A stretch of DNA of 64,000 nucleotides from a virus (taxonomy: Duplodnaviria; Caudoviricetes), in IMG/VR virus record IMGVR_UViG_3300014205_009256, positions 1-64,000 of that record; one strand, 5' to 3'. Under the pieces are notes generated by a model, which saw only the letters and a program-made list of their open reading frames with translations, did no database searches and was not told where the DNA came from. Positions within the stretch are counted from its first letter, which is position 1; each line of letters begins with the position of its first letter. The translations under genes were made by a program, and so were the position numbers. Positions 27,004 through 37,400 of this stretch are shown piece after piece.

Positions 27004-28770
27004 TCACTTCAGCCGTTTGTCGACCCACTTCCACTTCTTGTAGGCGATCTCCATGCAGCGGTTGTAGGCGGTGTTTGTCCTGAGGAATGCGAACGAGCCC
27101 TCGGCAACCTTGTCGGCGTAGGCCGAGTCCCGGATCAGGTCGGACAGCATCATGCGGACGCGAGTCGTCGCGATCTGCGACAGCAGCGCTGTGTAATCGG
27201 CGGGAACGGCCATGCCCTGGCCGAAGGCGTCGGCGTGGTCCGGCAGCTCCGGATCGTTGAGGATGCCCTGGCACAGGAGCGCCCAGACCAGGTTGCGTGC
27301 CCGCAACACGAACTCGTATTTGTTCCGGCCCTTGTCGACGATCTCATTCACGAGCTTCCGGAGGCGGAAGTGAATCTTGTAGCACAGGATGATGTGTCGC
27401 GAGTCGGCCTTTAGGCGGGATGGGTTGAATACCTGGGCGTAGATTCGGTCGTCCTCAAACACCTCCCTGATCCGCGAGAGCTTGTCGATGGCCCCGTCGG
27501 AGACGAGGAAGGTATGGGCAAGGCGGACCAGCTCGACGGCCTTGCCTTCAGTGATGCCCTGTTCCTCCATCTCCTCGTAGCTGAGATTGGCAAAGGCCTC
27601 CTCCTGGCGCTCATAGTAGATGCCCAGGTCCGAGCGGAACTTGTCCTGCAGCTCGAGCTGGATCAGGTCGTTAGCGTGCAGGTTCCAGGGCTCGACGGGG
27701 TTCTGGCGGTTGTTGTTGATGGTCACCGGGGTGACAAACTCCGGCGTGGCGTTGGTGATCACGCGGCACATCACCCGCAGGTCTTCAAGTCGGGGCCGCT
27801 GTTCCGCCAGGCGGGGGTTGTCCTTGTTCGCGTTCATGAACTCGTTGAAGGTTGTAACAGTCTGGGCACCGTTCAGGAGGCGTGGCGCGGTGACGCGATA
27901 CTGCCCATCCACCCGCTCCACCTTCTCGGCAAACATCGTGATGCCGTTGTGGTTGAACGCGAAGACGGCGGGTTTCTCAGTGCCATCAAGAACGATCTGC
28001 TTGAGCGCGCGGGACAGCGCACGGTTGACGGCCTCAGAGCTGCCCAGGCCGTAGCGGATGTTCCGTTCGAAGAATCGCTGCCCCATGTCACGGTGGATCG
28101 TGTTCAGATCGATCAGCCGAATGAAGCCGATGTGCATCACTTGACCATCGGGGCCGGGCTGCGTGATGAGATCGGTCAGCGGCAGATCGTAGACCCTTGT
28201 CTGGCGCATGTCGGCCACTGGCCCGACCTTGCCATCGACCGACCGGAACTCCACGACCAACGTCACCTGTCGGTTGGCGAAGAACTGGTCGACCAGGTAC
28301 TTCTTGTTCTCCAGATCTTCGCGCAGCTTGTCGAGCACCTGACTGCGCTCGGCCTCCGCCGGGTCTCCAGTGAAAACGAAGCGGAAGCACACCTGATCGA
28401 TCAAGGCGCGGTTGTCGATCATGCAGCTGCGGAGCTGCAGGAGAAGCTGATTCTTGTTGTCGTCCTGGTTGGGCGTCAGGAAGATTCGCTCCATGCCCAC
28501 GTCAATCAGCCGCTGGAGCGTTGGCTTGAACTGGGCATGCGATGGCGAGTACTTGAACTGGTACAGATAGAGATTACGCCTGTCGGGATCGAAGTGGAAC
28601 CCATCCAGGCCATAGTCGTTGCCGCCGAACGCGACCTGGTTCACCGCTTTCTCGCGGGACAACCCGCACTCCCGCTGGAGGTAGAGCAGGCCGAAGTAGT
28701 CGTTGCGCACCCCGCCACAGGTTGCCTTGAGGTCGGAGCAGGCTTGGTCGATCATCCGGTCGGTGATCAT
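27004..28770 (-). CDS. AIPR family protein (abortive infection phage resistance)
   Basis: FERNIR..LG, F...NGIT, LLNGAQT and N.QNPV motifs. Confidence 0.85.
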   Translation of the reverse strand: MITDRMIDQACSDLKATCGGVRNDYFGLLYLQRECGLSREKAVNQVAFGGNDYGLDGFHFDPDRRNLYLYQFKYSPSHAQFKPTLQRLIDVGMERIFLTPNQDDNKNQLLLQLRSCMIDNRALIDQVCFRFVFTGDPAEAERSQVLDKLREDLENKKYLVDQFFANRQVTLVVEFRSVDGKVGPVADMRQTRVYDLPLTDLITQPGPDGQVMHIGFIRLIDLNTIHRDMGQRFFERNIRYGLGSSEAVNRALSRALKQIVLDGTEKPAVFAFNHNGITMFAEKVERVDGQYRVTAPRLLNGAQTVTTFNEFMNANKDNPRLAEQRPRLEDLRVMCRVITNATPEFVTPVTINNNRQNPVEPWNLHANDLIQLELQDKFRSDLGIYYERQEEAFANLSYEEMEEQGITEGKAVELVRLAHTFLVSDGAIDKLSRIREVFEDDRIYAQVFNPSRLKADSRHIILCYKIHFRLRKLVNEIVDKGRNKYEFVLRARNLVWALLCQGILNDPELPDHADAFGQGMAVPADYTALLSQIATTRVRMMLSDLIRDSAYADKVAEGSFAFLRTNTAYNRCMEIAYKKWKWVDKRLK

Positions 28771-30308
28771 GGTCTCGTTCCTTTCCTTCCTGGACCTGCG
28801 CCAACCGCAACGTTCTCGCCGAGCGTGTTGAGGAGGTCGTTCATCGAACTGCGCAGCGCCAATGAGCTTTCGCGCCATGCCCGGACGGCCGTGGCCAATG
28901 CGTCAGCACCTTGGTTAGCGCCGCCCGTGTCGGTTGTCTTGCCGTTCGCGGGCCGAATGTACAGGGGGATACTGAGGTTGCAGTCCTGCTGGCGGATCTC
29001 GTCAATGCCAACGAGGCGGGAGAACCCGTCAACGGCCGTCTCCGGGCGCTGGTAGGCATCCACGATCTGCTGAATGTGCTCGTCGGTGAGGAAGCTCTGG
29101 CTGCGCTGGCGGGTAACCTCATCGACCGCATTAATAAACAGCACCTTGCCGCGCAGCGCCTTGGGCTTGGCGGTGCGGCAGATGACCACGCACGCCTCCA
29201 TCGGTGAGTTGTAGAACAGGTTCGGCCCCAAGCCGAGGACGCACTCGATCACGTCGTGCTCGACCAGCTTGACCCGCATGTCGTGCTCTTCGTTGCGGAA
29301 GAGGACGCCATGAGGGAAGAGGATGGCGCAGCGGCCAGTCTTAGGCTTGAGGCTGACGATGATGTGCTGCCAGAAGGCGTAGTCGGCTCGGCCCTGTGGG
29401 GGCGTGCCATAGATATTTCGCCGCCAAGGGTCGGCGGACCACTTGTCGCGGTCCCATTGCTTGATGGAGTACGGGGGATTGGCGAGGACCATGTCGAACT
29501 GCCGGAGGCGGTCGCCTTCCACAAGTTTCGGATCGGCAAGGGTGTCGCCGCGCACGATCTCGAAGTCTTCGATGCCGTGCAGAAACATGTTCATCCGCGC
29601 GATGGCGGACGTCATGAGGTTCCGCTCCTGGCCGTACAACCTGACGGTGCGCCATTCCTTCTTCCGGCGGCGGAGGTGTGTCACGCTGGACAACAGCATG
29701 CCGCCAGAGCCACAGGTGGGGTCGTAGATCGACTCGCCTGGACGGGGCTGCAGCATCTCGGTCATCAGGTGGACGACCGTGCGGTTGGTGTAGAACTCAG
29801 CGGCAGTGTGGCCGGAGTCATCGGCGAACTTCTTGATTAGGTACTCGTAGCCGTTCCCCAGCTCATCCTCGGGCAGGTTGGCGATGGACAGGGTCAGCGT
29901 CGAGAAGTGTTCAACCAAGTCCTTCAGTGTGTCGTCGGAGAGCCGGTCCTTGTTGGTCCACTGAGCGTCGCCGAAGATGCCGTAGAGCTTCTCGGGGTTG
30001 GCCTTTTCGATTGACCGCATCGCCGACTGAATCGACGCGCCGACATTGCTGCCGGCGGCTCTCACGGCCTTCCAGTGCGCCTTGGGCGGCACCTGGAAGC
30101 GGTGGTTCTCGGCGAACTGCGCGAAGGCAACGTCGCCGCCGGACTGGTCGAGCGCCTTCTGGTACTCCTCGTCGTAAACGTCGCACAACCGCTTGAAGAA
30201 CAACAGCGGGAAGATGTACTGCTTGTAGTCGCCGGCGTCGATGTAGCCGCGCAGGAGCGTGGCCGCGCCCCAAAGGTAGGACTCGAGTTGCCCTTGGTTG
30301 ATTCTCAT
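28767..30308 (-). CDS. hsdM: type I RM methyltransferase subunit (NPPY)
   Basis: YDPTCGSGGML, ANPPY, GEFYT-like AEFYT. Confidence 0.95.
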   Translation of the reverse strand: MRINQGQLESYLWGAATLLRGYIDAGDYKQYIFPLLFFKRLCDVYDEEYQKALDQSGGDVAFAQFAENHRFQVPPKAHWKAVRAAGSNVGASIQSAMRSIEKANPEKLYGIFGDAQWTNKDRLSDDTLKDLVEHFSTLTLSIANLPEDELGNGYEYLIKKFADDSGHTAAEFYTNRTVVHLMTEMLQPRPGESIYDPTCGSGGMLLSSVTHLRRRKKEWRTVRLYGQERNLMTSAIARMNMFLHGIEDFEIVRGDTLADPKLVEGDRLRQFDMVLANPPYSIKQWDRDKWSADPWRRNIYGTPPQGRADYAFWQHIIVSLKPKTGRCAILFPHGVLFRNEEHDMRVKLVEHDVIECVLGLGPNLFYNSPMEACVVICRTAKPKALRGKVLFINAVDEVTRQRSQSFLTDEHIQQIVDAYQRPETAVDGFSRLVGIDEIRQQDCNLSIPLYIRPANGKTTDTGGANQGADALATAVRAWRESSLALRSSMNDLLNTLGENVAVGAGPGRKGTRP

Positions 30309-30913
30309 TCTGCCGCCTTGAACATTTCAGCGTAAACGGCAACGCGTGCCTTGCTCTCCCGCATCCGCTTGGCTAGCGCGAATACACGATTTGTGAGGTC
30401 CGATGGCCGAAGATGGTTGACCAACCACCGAGAGTCGAAATCAGCATTGCCCTTCGCGGAGAGATCGATCTGTAGTCGGACATCATCGTCGTCTTTCAGC
30501 GTCTCGTAAGCGGGCTTGGGGCGGCCCGGCTTGCCCTTCCGAGAGGCGGCCTGCGCCGTGTAAGCGGCCTTGATGTTGTCGCTGCCGTCGATGAACCAGA
30601 TACGGTCCCAACGCGGGCTCCAGATTGCCAGGCACAATGCGGGCTGCCGATCGACGTACATCCGGCGCAGTCCCTGGACGGTCGCGATGTGATCGGCTCC
30701 ATCGTCTTGCACGGCCTTGGCCTGAACGGGGATGGGCAACAAGTCGGTGTTTGCTCCCTCCAGAATCAAGAGGTCGATTTCGTCGTCATTCCAATATGGC
30801 TTTGCCACGTACAGACCAAAGGCCACAAGCTGGGCGGCAACACGTGCCTCGCCGGCAAGACCAGACCATGTGTTCTTGAGCGCCGGGATACGGCTGATTG
30901 GTTTAGCCATCAC
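30305..30913 (-). CDS. PD-(D/E)XK nuclease-like protein (DUF4365-like)
   Basis: G..GE..V, D.EIDL, VQAK motifs. Confidence 0.65.
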   Translation of the reverse strand: MMAKPISRIPALKNTWSGLAGEARVAAQLVAFGLYVAKPYWNDDEIDLLILEGANTDLLPIPVQAKAVQDDGADHIATVQGLRRMYVDRQPALCLAIWSPRWDRIWFIDGSDNIKAAYTAQAASRKGKPGRPKPAYETLKDDDDVRLQIDLSAKGNADFDSRWLVNHLRPSDLTNRVFALAKRMRESKARVAVYAEMFKAAE

Positions 30914-32477
30914 TCAGCCCTGCCTTTCGTAACAGCCCCGCGAGCTTGTCCTCGGCCGAGTAGGCAGCGTCTAGAGCAGTCTTCAAATCGGTGATGGCCT
31001 GGCCAACTGTCACCGTGTCGCTGGCGACTACTGGCTCGACGTAGCGGGGGATATTGAGATTGAAATCGTTGGCGCGGATGTCATCGAGCGTGACCACTTT
31101 GGCAGCGCCGGCGCTGTCGGCGTACCCCTCGTACCAGTGATAGATGCGTTCGACGTGTTCGGGCAGAAGTTCGTTCTGCTGGCGGCCCTTCTTGAACTCC
31201 CGCGATGCATCGATGAACAGGACGCGTTGGCGGCGATCTTTCGGCCGCCGCGCACGGAATACCATGATGCACGCGGCCAAGCCCGCGCCGTAGAACAGGT
31301 TTGGAGCGAGGCCGATCACGGCATCAAGGATGTCCAACTCGATGATCTTCTGGCGAATTCTTCCCTCCGCGCCCATGCGGAACAGCGCCCCGTGCGGCAG
31401 CACTACGGCCATCCGCCCCGTCTTCGGAGCCATCGACTTGATCATGTGCTGGACCCATGCGAAGTCTCCGCTTTTGCTGGGCGGCATGCCCGCGAAGTTG
31501 CGGCCATAGGGGTCGCTGGCCCAGACCTCTTCACCCCACTTCTCCAGGGAGAACGGCGGATTGGCGATCACGCAGTCGAACGTCATCAGACGGTCGCCGG
31601 CATAGAACGCCGGCTCGCGGAGCGTGTCGCCACGCACGATCTTGAAGTCCTCCACGCCGTGGAGCAGCAGGTTCATCCGAGCGATGGCCGACGTCGTGAG
31701 ATTCTTTTCCTGCCCGTACAGCTTGCCGTAGAGGGTCTTGACGTTGCCGCCCGCGGCGCGGACGTGGTGGATGGCCTCCAGCAGCATCCCGCCAGTACCG
31801 CACGCGGGGTCGTAGATCAGGTCGCGCTCCTTGGGGTCCAGGATGTTGATGAGGAGCCGGACGACCGAGCGCGGGGTGTAGAACTCCCCGGCCTTCTTGT
31901 TCGTGGCATCCGCGAACTTCTTGATCAAATACTCATAGGCCTGGCCGAGGATGTCGGCCTGTGCTTGGCGGTTGCCCAGAGAGAGACGGGAGAAGTGCTC
32001 GATCAGATCCCGGAGCAATGCATCCGACAGGCGGTCCTTGTTGGTCCAGTTGGCGTCACCGAAAATGCCGTAGAGGGTGTCGGGGTTGGCCTTCTCGATC
32101 TCGCGCAGCGCCCGCTGCAGGGCTTGGCCGATGTTGGCGGTCTTCGCCCGGACGTCACTCCAGTGGCAGCCCTCGGGAATCTGGAAGCGGTGGTTCTCCG
32201 GGAACAAGGCGAACTGCTGGTCGCCGCCCGACAGGTCCATCGCCTCGGCCAGTTCGTCGTCGTAGACGTCGGAAATGCGCTTGAAGAACAGCAGCGGGAA
32301 GATGTAGGTCTTGAAATCGGCAGCATCCACCGGACCACGAAGGATGTTGGCGGCCTCCCACAGATGGCTGGAGAGCGCCGAGAGCGTCACCTCGGCCGGA
32401 ACAGAAGCCGGTGCCGCCGGGGTCCTGCCATTGCCGTTTGTGCCCTTGGCCAAGTTGCCTGCTCCTCTCTGATTCAC
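30903..32477 (-). CDS. hsdM: type I RM methyltransferase subunit (NPPF)
   Basis: GEFYTPRSVV, YDPACGTGGML, ANPPF. Confidence 0.95.
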   Translation of the reverse strand: MNQRGAGNLAKGTNGNGRTPAAPASVPAEVTLSALSSHLWEAANILRGPVDAADFKTYIFPLLFFKRISDVYDDELAEAMDLSGGDQQFALFPENHRFQIPEGCHWSDVRAKTANIGQALQRALREIEKANPDTLYGIFGDANWTNKDRLSDALLRDLIEHFSRLSLGNRQAQADILGQAYEYLIKKFADATNKKAGEFYTPRSVVRLLINILDPKERDLIYDPACGTGGMLLEAIHHVRAAGGNVKTLYGKLYGQEKNLTTSAIARMNLLLHGVEDFKIVRGDTLREPAFYAGDRLMTFDCVIANPPFSLEKWGEEVWASDPYGRNFAGMPPSKSGDFAWVQHMIKSMAPKTGRMAVVLPHGALFRMGAEGRIRQKIIELDILDAVIGLAPNLFYGAGLAACIMVFRARRPKDRRQRVLFIDASREFKKGRQQNELLPEHVERIYHWYEGYADSAGAAKVVTLDDIRANDFNLNIPRYVEPVVASDTVTVGQAITDLKTALDAAYSAEDKLAGLLRKAGLSDG

Positions 32478-32514
32478 ATCGTGACCGGCGCTCCGTTCGA
32501 GCGAGCAGCGACCA

Positions 32515-32527
32515 TACGCTGTTTACT
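32515..32527 (-). promoter_or_regulatory. operator-like 13-mer upstream of the RM operon
   Basis: tacgctgtttact, 38 bp upstream of the hsdM start; identical copy 41 bp upstream of the XRE start. Confidence 0.6.
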
Positions 32528-32692
32528 AAACGATGACAAGTGTACCGCGCCCGGTTATCATCCGCTAGTGCTGGGGGCGATACCCGGCCAGAATTGTGCC
32601 CGCGGGCCGGTGCGAGGCAGCGCCCCAGAATAGCGTCGGGGCGTTCAGTAGGACGGCGGGCGCGCGCGACGACATCGCGAGGAGACGAACGA

Positions 32693-34107
32693 ATGAAACT
32701 TGACCAGCTTCTCAATTTCAAGCCATTGGGCTTCATCGATTCACCCATCGGCAAACTGGCTGTTTTCGCCATCTCCGTCAAGGACATGGAGTCGGTGCGC
32801 GCCAAGTCTGTCCGGGACACTGACCCTCAGGAAGTGGTTCGTCGTCTTCTCCCCTGCATCCTGCACAAAGCGGACGCGTTGAAGGACGACGGGAGCAAGC
32901 CTGACGCGCCAGGATTGACCGATGAACAGATTCGCGGCTTGCCGGCCGACGTCGTCGAGGCGGCGTTGGGGCTCTTCATCGAACACTCGGAACACCTCTA
33001 TCGGGCATTCGTCTCGAAGACGACCACCGGCGAGAAAGGTGAGCACATCACCTCCCTGGATTACGGTGACGTGCAACACCCCAAGAAGGACGGGGAGTCG
33101 AATGTCGCGTACCTCCACCGTCTCCTTGTGCTCGAGGAAGAGGAGCTGAAACGACAGTATGAGAAACTAGCGGGACCGCTGATGGGAGTGGCGCGTTTTC
33201 CGATGGCCTGGCACAGAATATAAAAAACACGCTGCTTCTCGGCGACACGATGGCCAAGGCCTATGAGGCAATGCGCGCACCCGTGATGCCTGATCTGTCT
33301 AAGCTCATTGCGAAGCCTCTGGATATCCCGCACATCTCCACGGCTCCCAGCCTGCCCTCGATAGATTACGCGGCAATGGCCAAGAGCGCCGAGGAGGCGC
33401 GCTGGGCTCCGTTTCGAGCCGTAAACCAGCGCCTCGACCAACTCATCGAATTCGCCCGAGGTTCCGGCGAGTTCGCTGTGCAGATGAATCAGACGCAGAC
33501 GCAGATTGCCGCCGAGATCAAGGCGTCAAGCGACGAATCCACGAAGATTGGCGAGGAGTCGCTGAAGGTCGCGACTGCATCCTTGAAGGTGGGGGAGGAG
33601 TCGCTGAAGGTCGGGACCGCGTCCCTGAAGATCAGCGAGGATTCGGTGAAAGCTGCCAAAGACTCGCTGAAAGTTGCACGTCTTGGATTTTGGACGACGA
33701 TAGTCGTGGTCCTCCTCACCGTGATGGGCCTTGGGATAACCGCGGCAAGCTGGTGGGGCTCAGATGGGACTGCACGCAAAGCGGACGAGCATGCTGCGGG
33801 CATCATCGGCGGACTCTCGGACCTGAAGACGGTCGTGGTGGACGAGGGGAAGGCATCCTCGCGTGGAATGACCGCGCTTCTGGATGAGCTGAAGGCGGGC
33901 CGTTTGGAGCAAAGCAAGAGGCTGGACGCAGTGCTAGCCCAACAGACGAAACTCTTCGAGTACCAGACCACCCAGCGCGCTACCGACCAGGCGATGATCG
34001 AGACCATGAGCAAACGCATCACCCAACTCGAAGAGGAGATTCGGAAACTACAGCTTCAGAGCACGTCGAGACCAGCGCAGACCGCCCCGTCGAACGCGGG
34101 AAAGTAA
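32693..34107 (+). pseudogene. probably one frameshifted gene for a coiled-coil membrane protein (ORFs 32693..33223 and 33250..34107)
   Basis: One extra T in the cgttttcc run near 33195 joins both ORFs (...ARFSDGLAQNIKNTLLLGDTMAK...); heptad repeats and a TM segment in the C-terminal part. Confidence 0.5.
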
Positions 34108-34213
34108 CACCGCAGATGGCGCGGCCGTGCTCATGCTGAGAGTGGTTCGGCTAGGGTTGCTCCAAGGGAGTTCTCCCCAATGGTACGGATCAAACGTACC
34201 GACCAGTTAACGC

Positions 34214-34250
34214 AGAACCCCGCACCAGAGAGGTCGCGGGGTTCTTGCTT
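34214..34250 (+). terminator. rho-independent terminator-like hairpin
   Basis: agaaccccgc (34214-34223) / gcggggttct (34236-34245) followed by tgctttt. Confidence 0.6.
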
Positions 34251-34481
34251 TTGGGCCAGTATTCGCAAGGGTTTACGCGCGGAGTTCGTCGCCCCGCCTA
34301 TCGTGAGATAGCGCCGAGTGCGACCGCGCGAGCGCCGATCTGCACGATCTTTTAGGGTGTGGCCCGACAACTATCAAACTATCGCCGGGGGCACCACTGC
34401 CAGTTAACAACCCGGTTGCCATCGCTCATCCGTAGCAACCCCGCAAAACCAAGCACTACCAGCGAAGTCCTCGGCAGTTTT

Positions 34482-37400
34482 CTATATCCGTTCGACTGTC
34501 GGCCCCTCGGAGCCAATGGCTGAGAACCGATAAAAAATAGCGCGGTCTCCAAAGTGGCGGAATTTCTGGCGGGCCAATTGAAATAGTTTGGCATCGCAAG
34601 TCGAGATTATAAATTGTCGCTTCTCTCGCTCGTCCTGAAGGAGTCCAAGAAGGAGATCCAAAAATGCGTATGTGTTAAGATCATCAAAGTGCGTTACAGG
34701 ATCATCCAAGAATACGGGGGCCAAACTGGACCAATTCTGAGAGATACACGCGGTCAGGAATAGACCAAGTAATAGTGTTTGCTGCTGTGACTGACTAAAG
34801 TAGTCGGTTGGGCGGTACTTCTTATTGTTGCGATTGACTTGCACCTTTATTGTGCCTTGCACACTTTCGATGTCGATATCGTCGAAACCGTACACCGCCC
34901 GAAGTCGTTGTTGGATGACTGATGCACGCGGCCCATACTCCTGTGTAAACCGAGCAATGGCTTTGTGTTGCTGCTGAGAAAGCACCTGGTGTATGGAACC
35001 GAAGTGTTGCAGCCACGGCTCTATTTTCGTCTTTTCTTTACGCAACCTCTCCACTTCAGTTTGCCGCGTTCTTATTGTATCTCGCACATTCCCCAATGCG
35101 GCAGCGGTCATGGCGGCATCTACTGCCATTTCCAAATCGCGTGTCGTGTCCCGTAGCGATTCCAGTTCTGCCTGTGTACGAGTTCGGGCACGTACAATCT
35201 CCAATATGGACTCTTCCGTCACAGGTTCCGTAAGATTGAGATCCGCAAGTCGGCCAACAAGCCGGCTCCATTTCTCTCGCAAGGTCGCATGTTGCAGACG
35301 CAACGTCGCCAATTCCTGGTCCATCGTCTTACGTTCGTCAACGCATTGACGTATCGAGCCATCTACAACCGACAAGCGGGCTTGGAGGTTCTTCACTGCC
35401 GTTCGGTGATTTGAAACGTCACTATGGGCCTGCCGTCCCTGCTCCACCAAAACAGCGTCGCCCGAATCCAATGGCGCTCGACTGAATCTCGCATCATCAG
35501 TAAGCAGCTTGATCTCATCTCGTAAAAGTATCATCCTGGCATCGTAGTCTCTGAGCGTGCGTTCCAGAGCAACGACCACATTGGCCGCGCTCTCGCACGC
35601 GGCGGCTGACTGTGCAGACTTCATTTTCGCGGTCTCGGATGATTCTCTCAGGCCAAGAAGCGTCGCCTCGTCTACAGCAATTTGGTGATGTAGCTGCGCT
35701 ATTGCTGACTGCGCTTCCCCATCAACAACAATCCCAACGGATCTGGCCGACGCCAAAATTGCGTTCGTATCAGTCTTAACTTCCATGAGGTCCGATCGCA
35801 CCGTCTCAAGTCTTTCCTCCGTCATTCTTTGCTCGTCCTTGATGCCCGTAATCTGAGCATGCATCCGCTTCACCGCCTCCGCAACCACAAGTAATTCTTC
35901 CCTAGCCGAACTCGCCTCGTCCGATTGAAGTCGCTGCGAAATACGGCTCAACAGATGATCCTTCGACTCATGCTCTTCGCCGCATAGTGGACATATCCCA
36001 TCAACTATGTGGGATTGCAGAGCCAAGAGTAAGCTTTTGAACTCGGATTGATTCTGCTCCGTTTGGGCGACCGTACGCGCTAGTATTTGCTCTTCTGATT
36101 GGGCCTTGGCAAGAAGATGGTGCAATTGATCCGCTTTCGTCGCAGCCAAATCGCGTGTAGTAATGAGAGTCTGAACAAGAGTTTCCAAACGCTTCTGTCT
36201 GTCGAGATTGGCCTGCAACCTAAGCAAATCAGTGGCAATTCTGCCTAACTGCGATAGTGCCCCCTCTTGCTTGGTGACGCGTTCTCCCATTTGCGTAACT
36301 TCACCTTGCACTCTTTGCTGATCAATCTGTGCGCGAGCCACTTCCTGTCGAGCGTTGTAAAGCTCGGCTTGAGCGCGCCCAATTGTATCTGTCAATAATT
36401 TGCGGTCCTGAAGGAATCGTGCATAATCAGATCGCTTCTCTTGGCACCAATCCCATGCTTCGGCAAGCTGCAACGCGGAAGCTAATTGCGATTGCTCATT
36501 TGACAATTGTTTTGCACACTCATCACGTTCTGTAGCCCGTTGCCGCGCATTGGCGTCGAGCGTGGAACGCCGGTGTCCGCCGTCCTTGAGATGTTCGTCA
36601 ACCCTCTTTAATTCGGCGTGAGTGTCTTTGTTCTCGGCCAGTTCATGCGAAAGTGACGAGAGACGGTCGCGATAGCTCTGCGTCTGGGCGATACGAGACT
36701 CAAGTGCTGCACGCCAACCGCGAAGCACGGTGGCATCCGGTTTCTCGTCGGGTTTTGCTATGCCTTGCTCTTGGAGTCGCCCTTGAAGTTGAGCAAGTTC
36801 ATCATCCAATGTAGCGACATTACCTGCGGCCTCTGCAGAGCGTTGCAGTTTCGCTATATTATTTTTGTCTTGTGCAATTAAGTCCTCCAGAGCCTCCAGA
36901 GCATTGCTTTTGCTGACTAGCTCGCTATTGATAACTTCTTGAACTCCGAGTGACTTGCTTAACGCATTCGTGTAATCGTCAAACGCCAGCATACGCGAAA
37001 CAATTTCCGCTGGAAGACGGCAGTCATTTTGAAACTCCCGCATAAGTTCCTGTTGCTCTTGGCTAAACAGATGTGTTGCCCGGAACAAACTAACCATGTG
37101 TTCGATTCGGCTCGAAGACTGGAGGCCGGTCACCGCTGAAAGCACCGCTTTACGATCCGCCATATTATTGTCAAGTAGGGCATTCTTTCTTTCCGCAAGT
37201 TTGCGTGACAACTTTAAAGTGTGATCCCCTTGGACAACCTGCAAATCAACAGCACCATCTTCACCAGAGGCGTCGAGATGCTGTGTTAGGCGAAGAAACC
37301 TTGCATCGTCGGCAGGTTCAAATCTCCCGATTCCGCCCGTTACCGCAAAATCAATGGCATCAAAGAAGGAAGTCTTGCCAAAACCGTTAGGGCCATACAG

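Larger units (their letters stand above)
1..34400 (-). mobile_element. Element 1: prophage-like integrative element (left part outside the window; right boundary approximate)
   Basis: Minus-strand run of sigma-like, RecE-like, Sak4-like, DUF669, RusA, helicase, primase, HNH, ParB-MTase and small HTH genes; gene-by-gene paralogy with element 2. No integrase for it is in the window. Confidence 0.75.

Noticed and set aside
33541-33680. Tandem repeat as a possible CRISPR array
   Set aside because: In-frame 21/42-bp coding heptad repeat without spacers; no cas genes.
34384-34396. Complete tRNA gene at gccgggggcacca
   Set aside because: No T loop, anticodon arm or matching 5' acceptor strand upstream; kept only as a possible att remnant.
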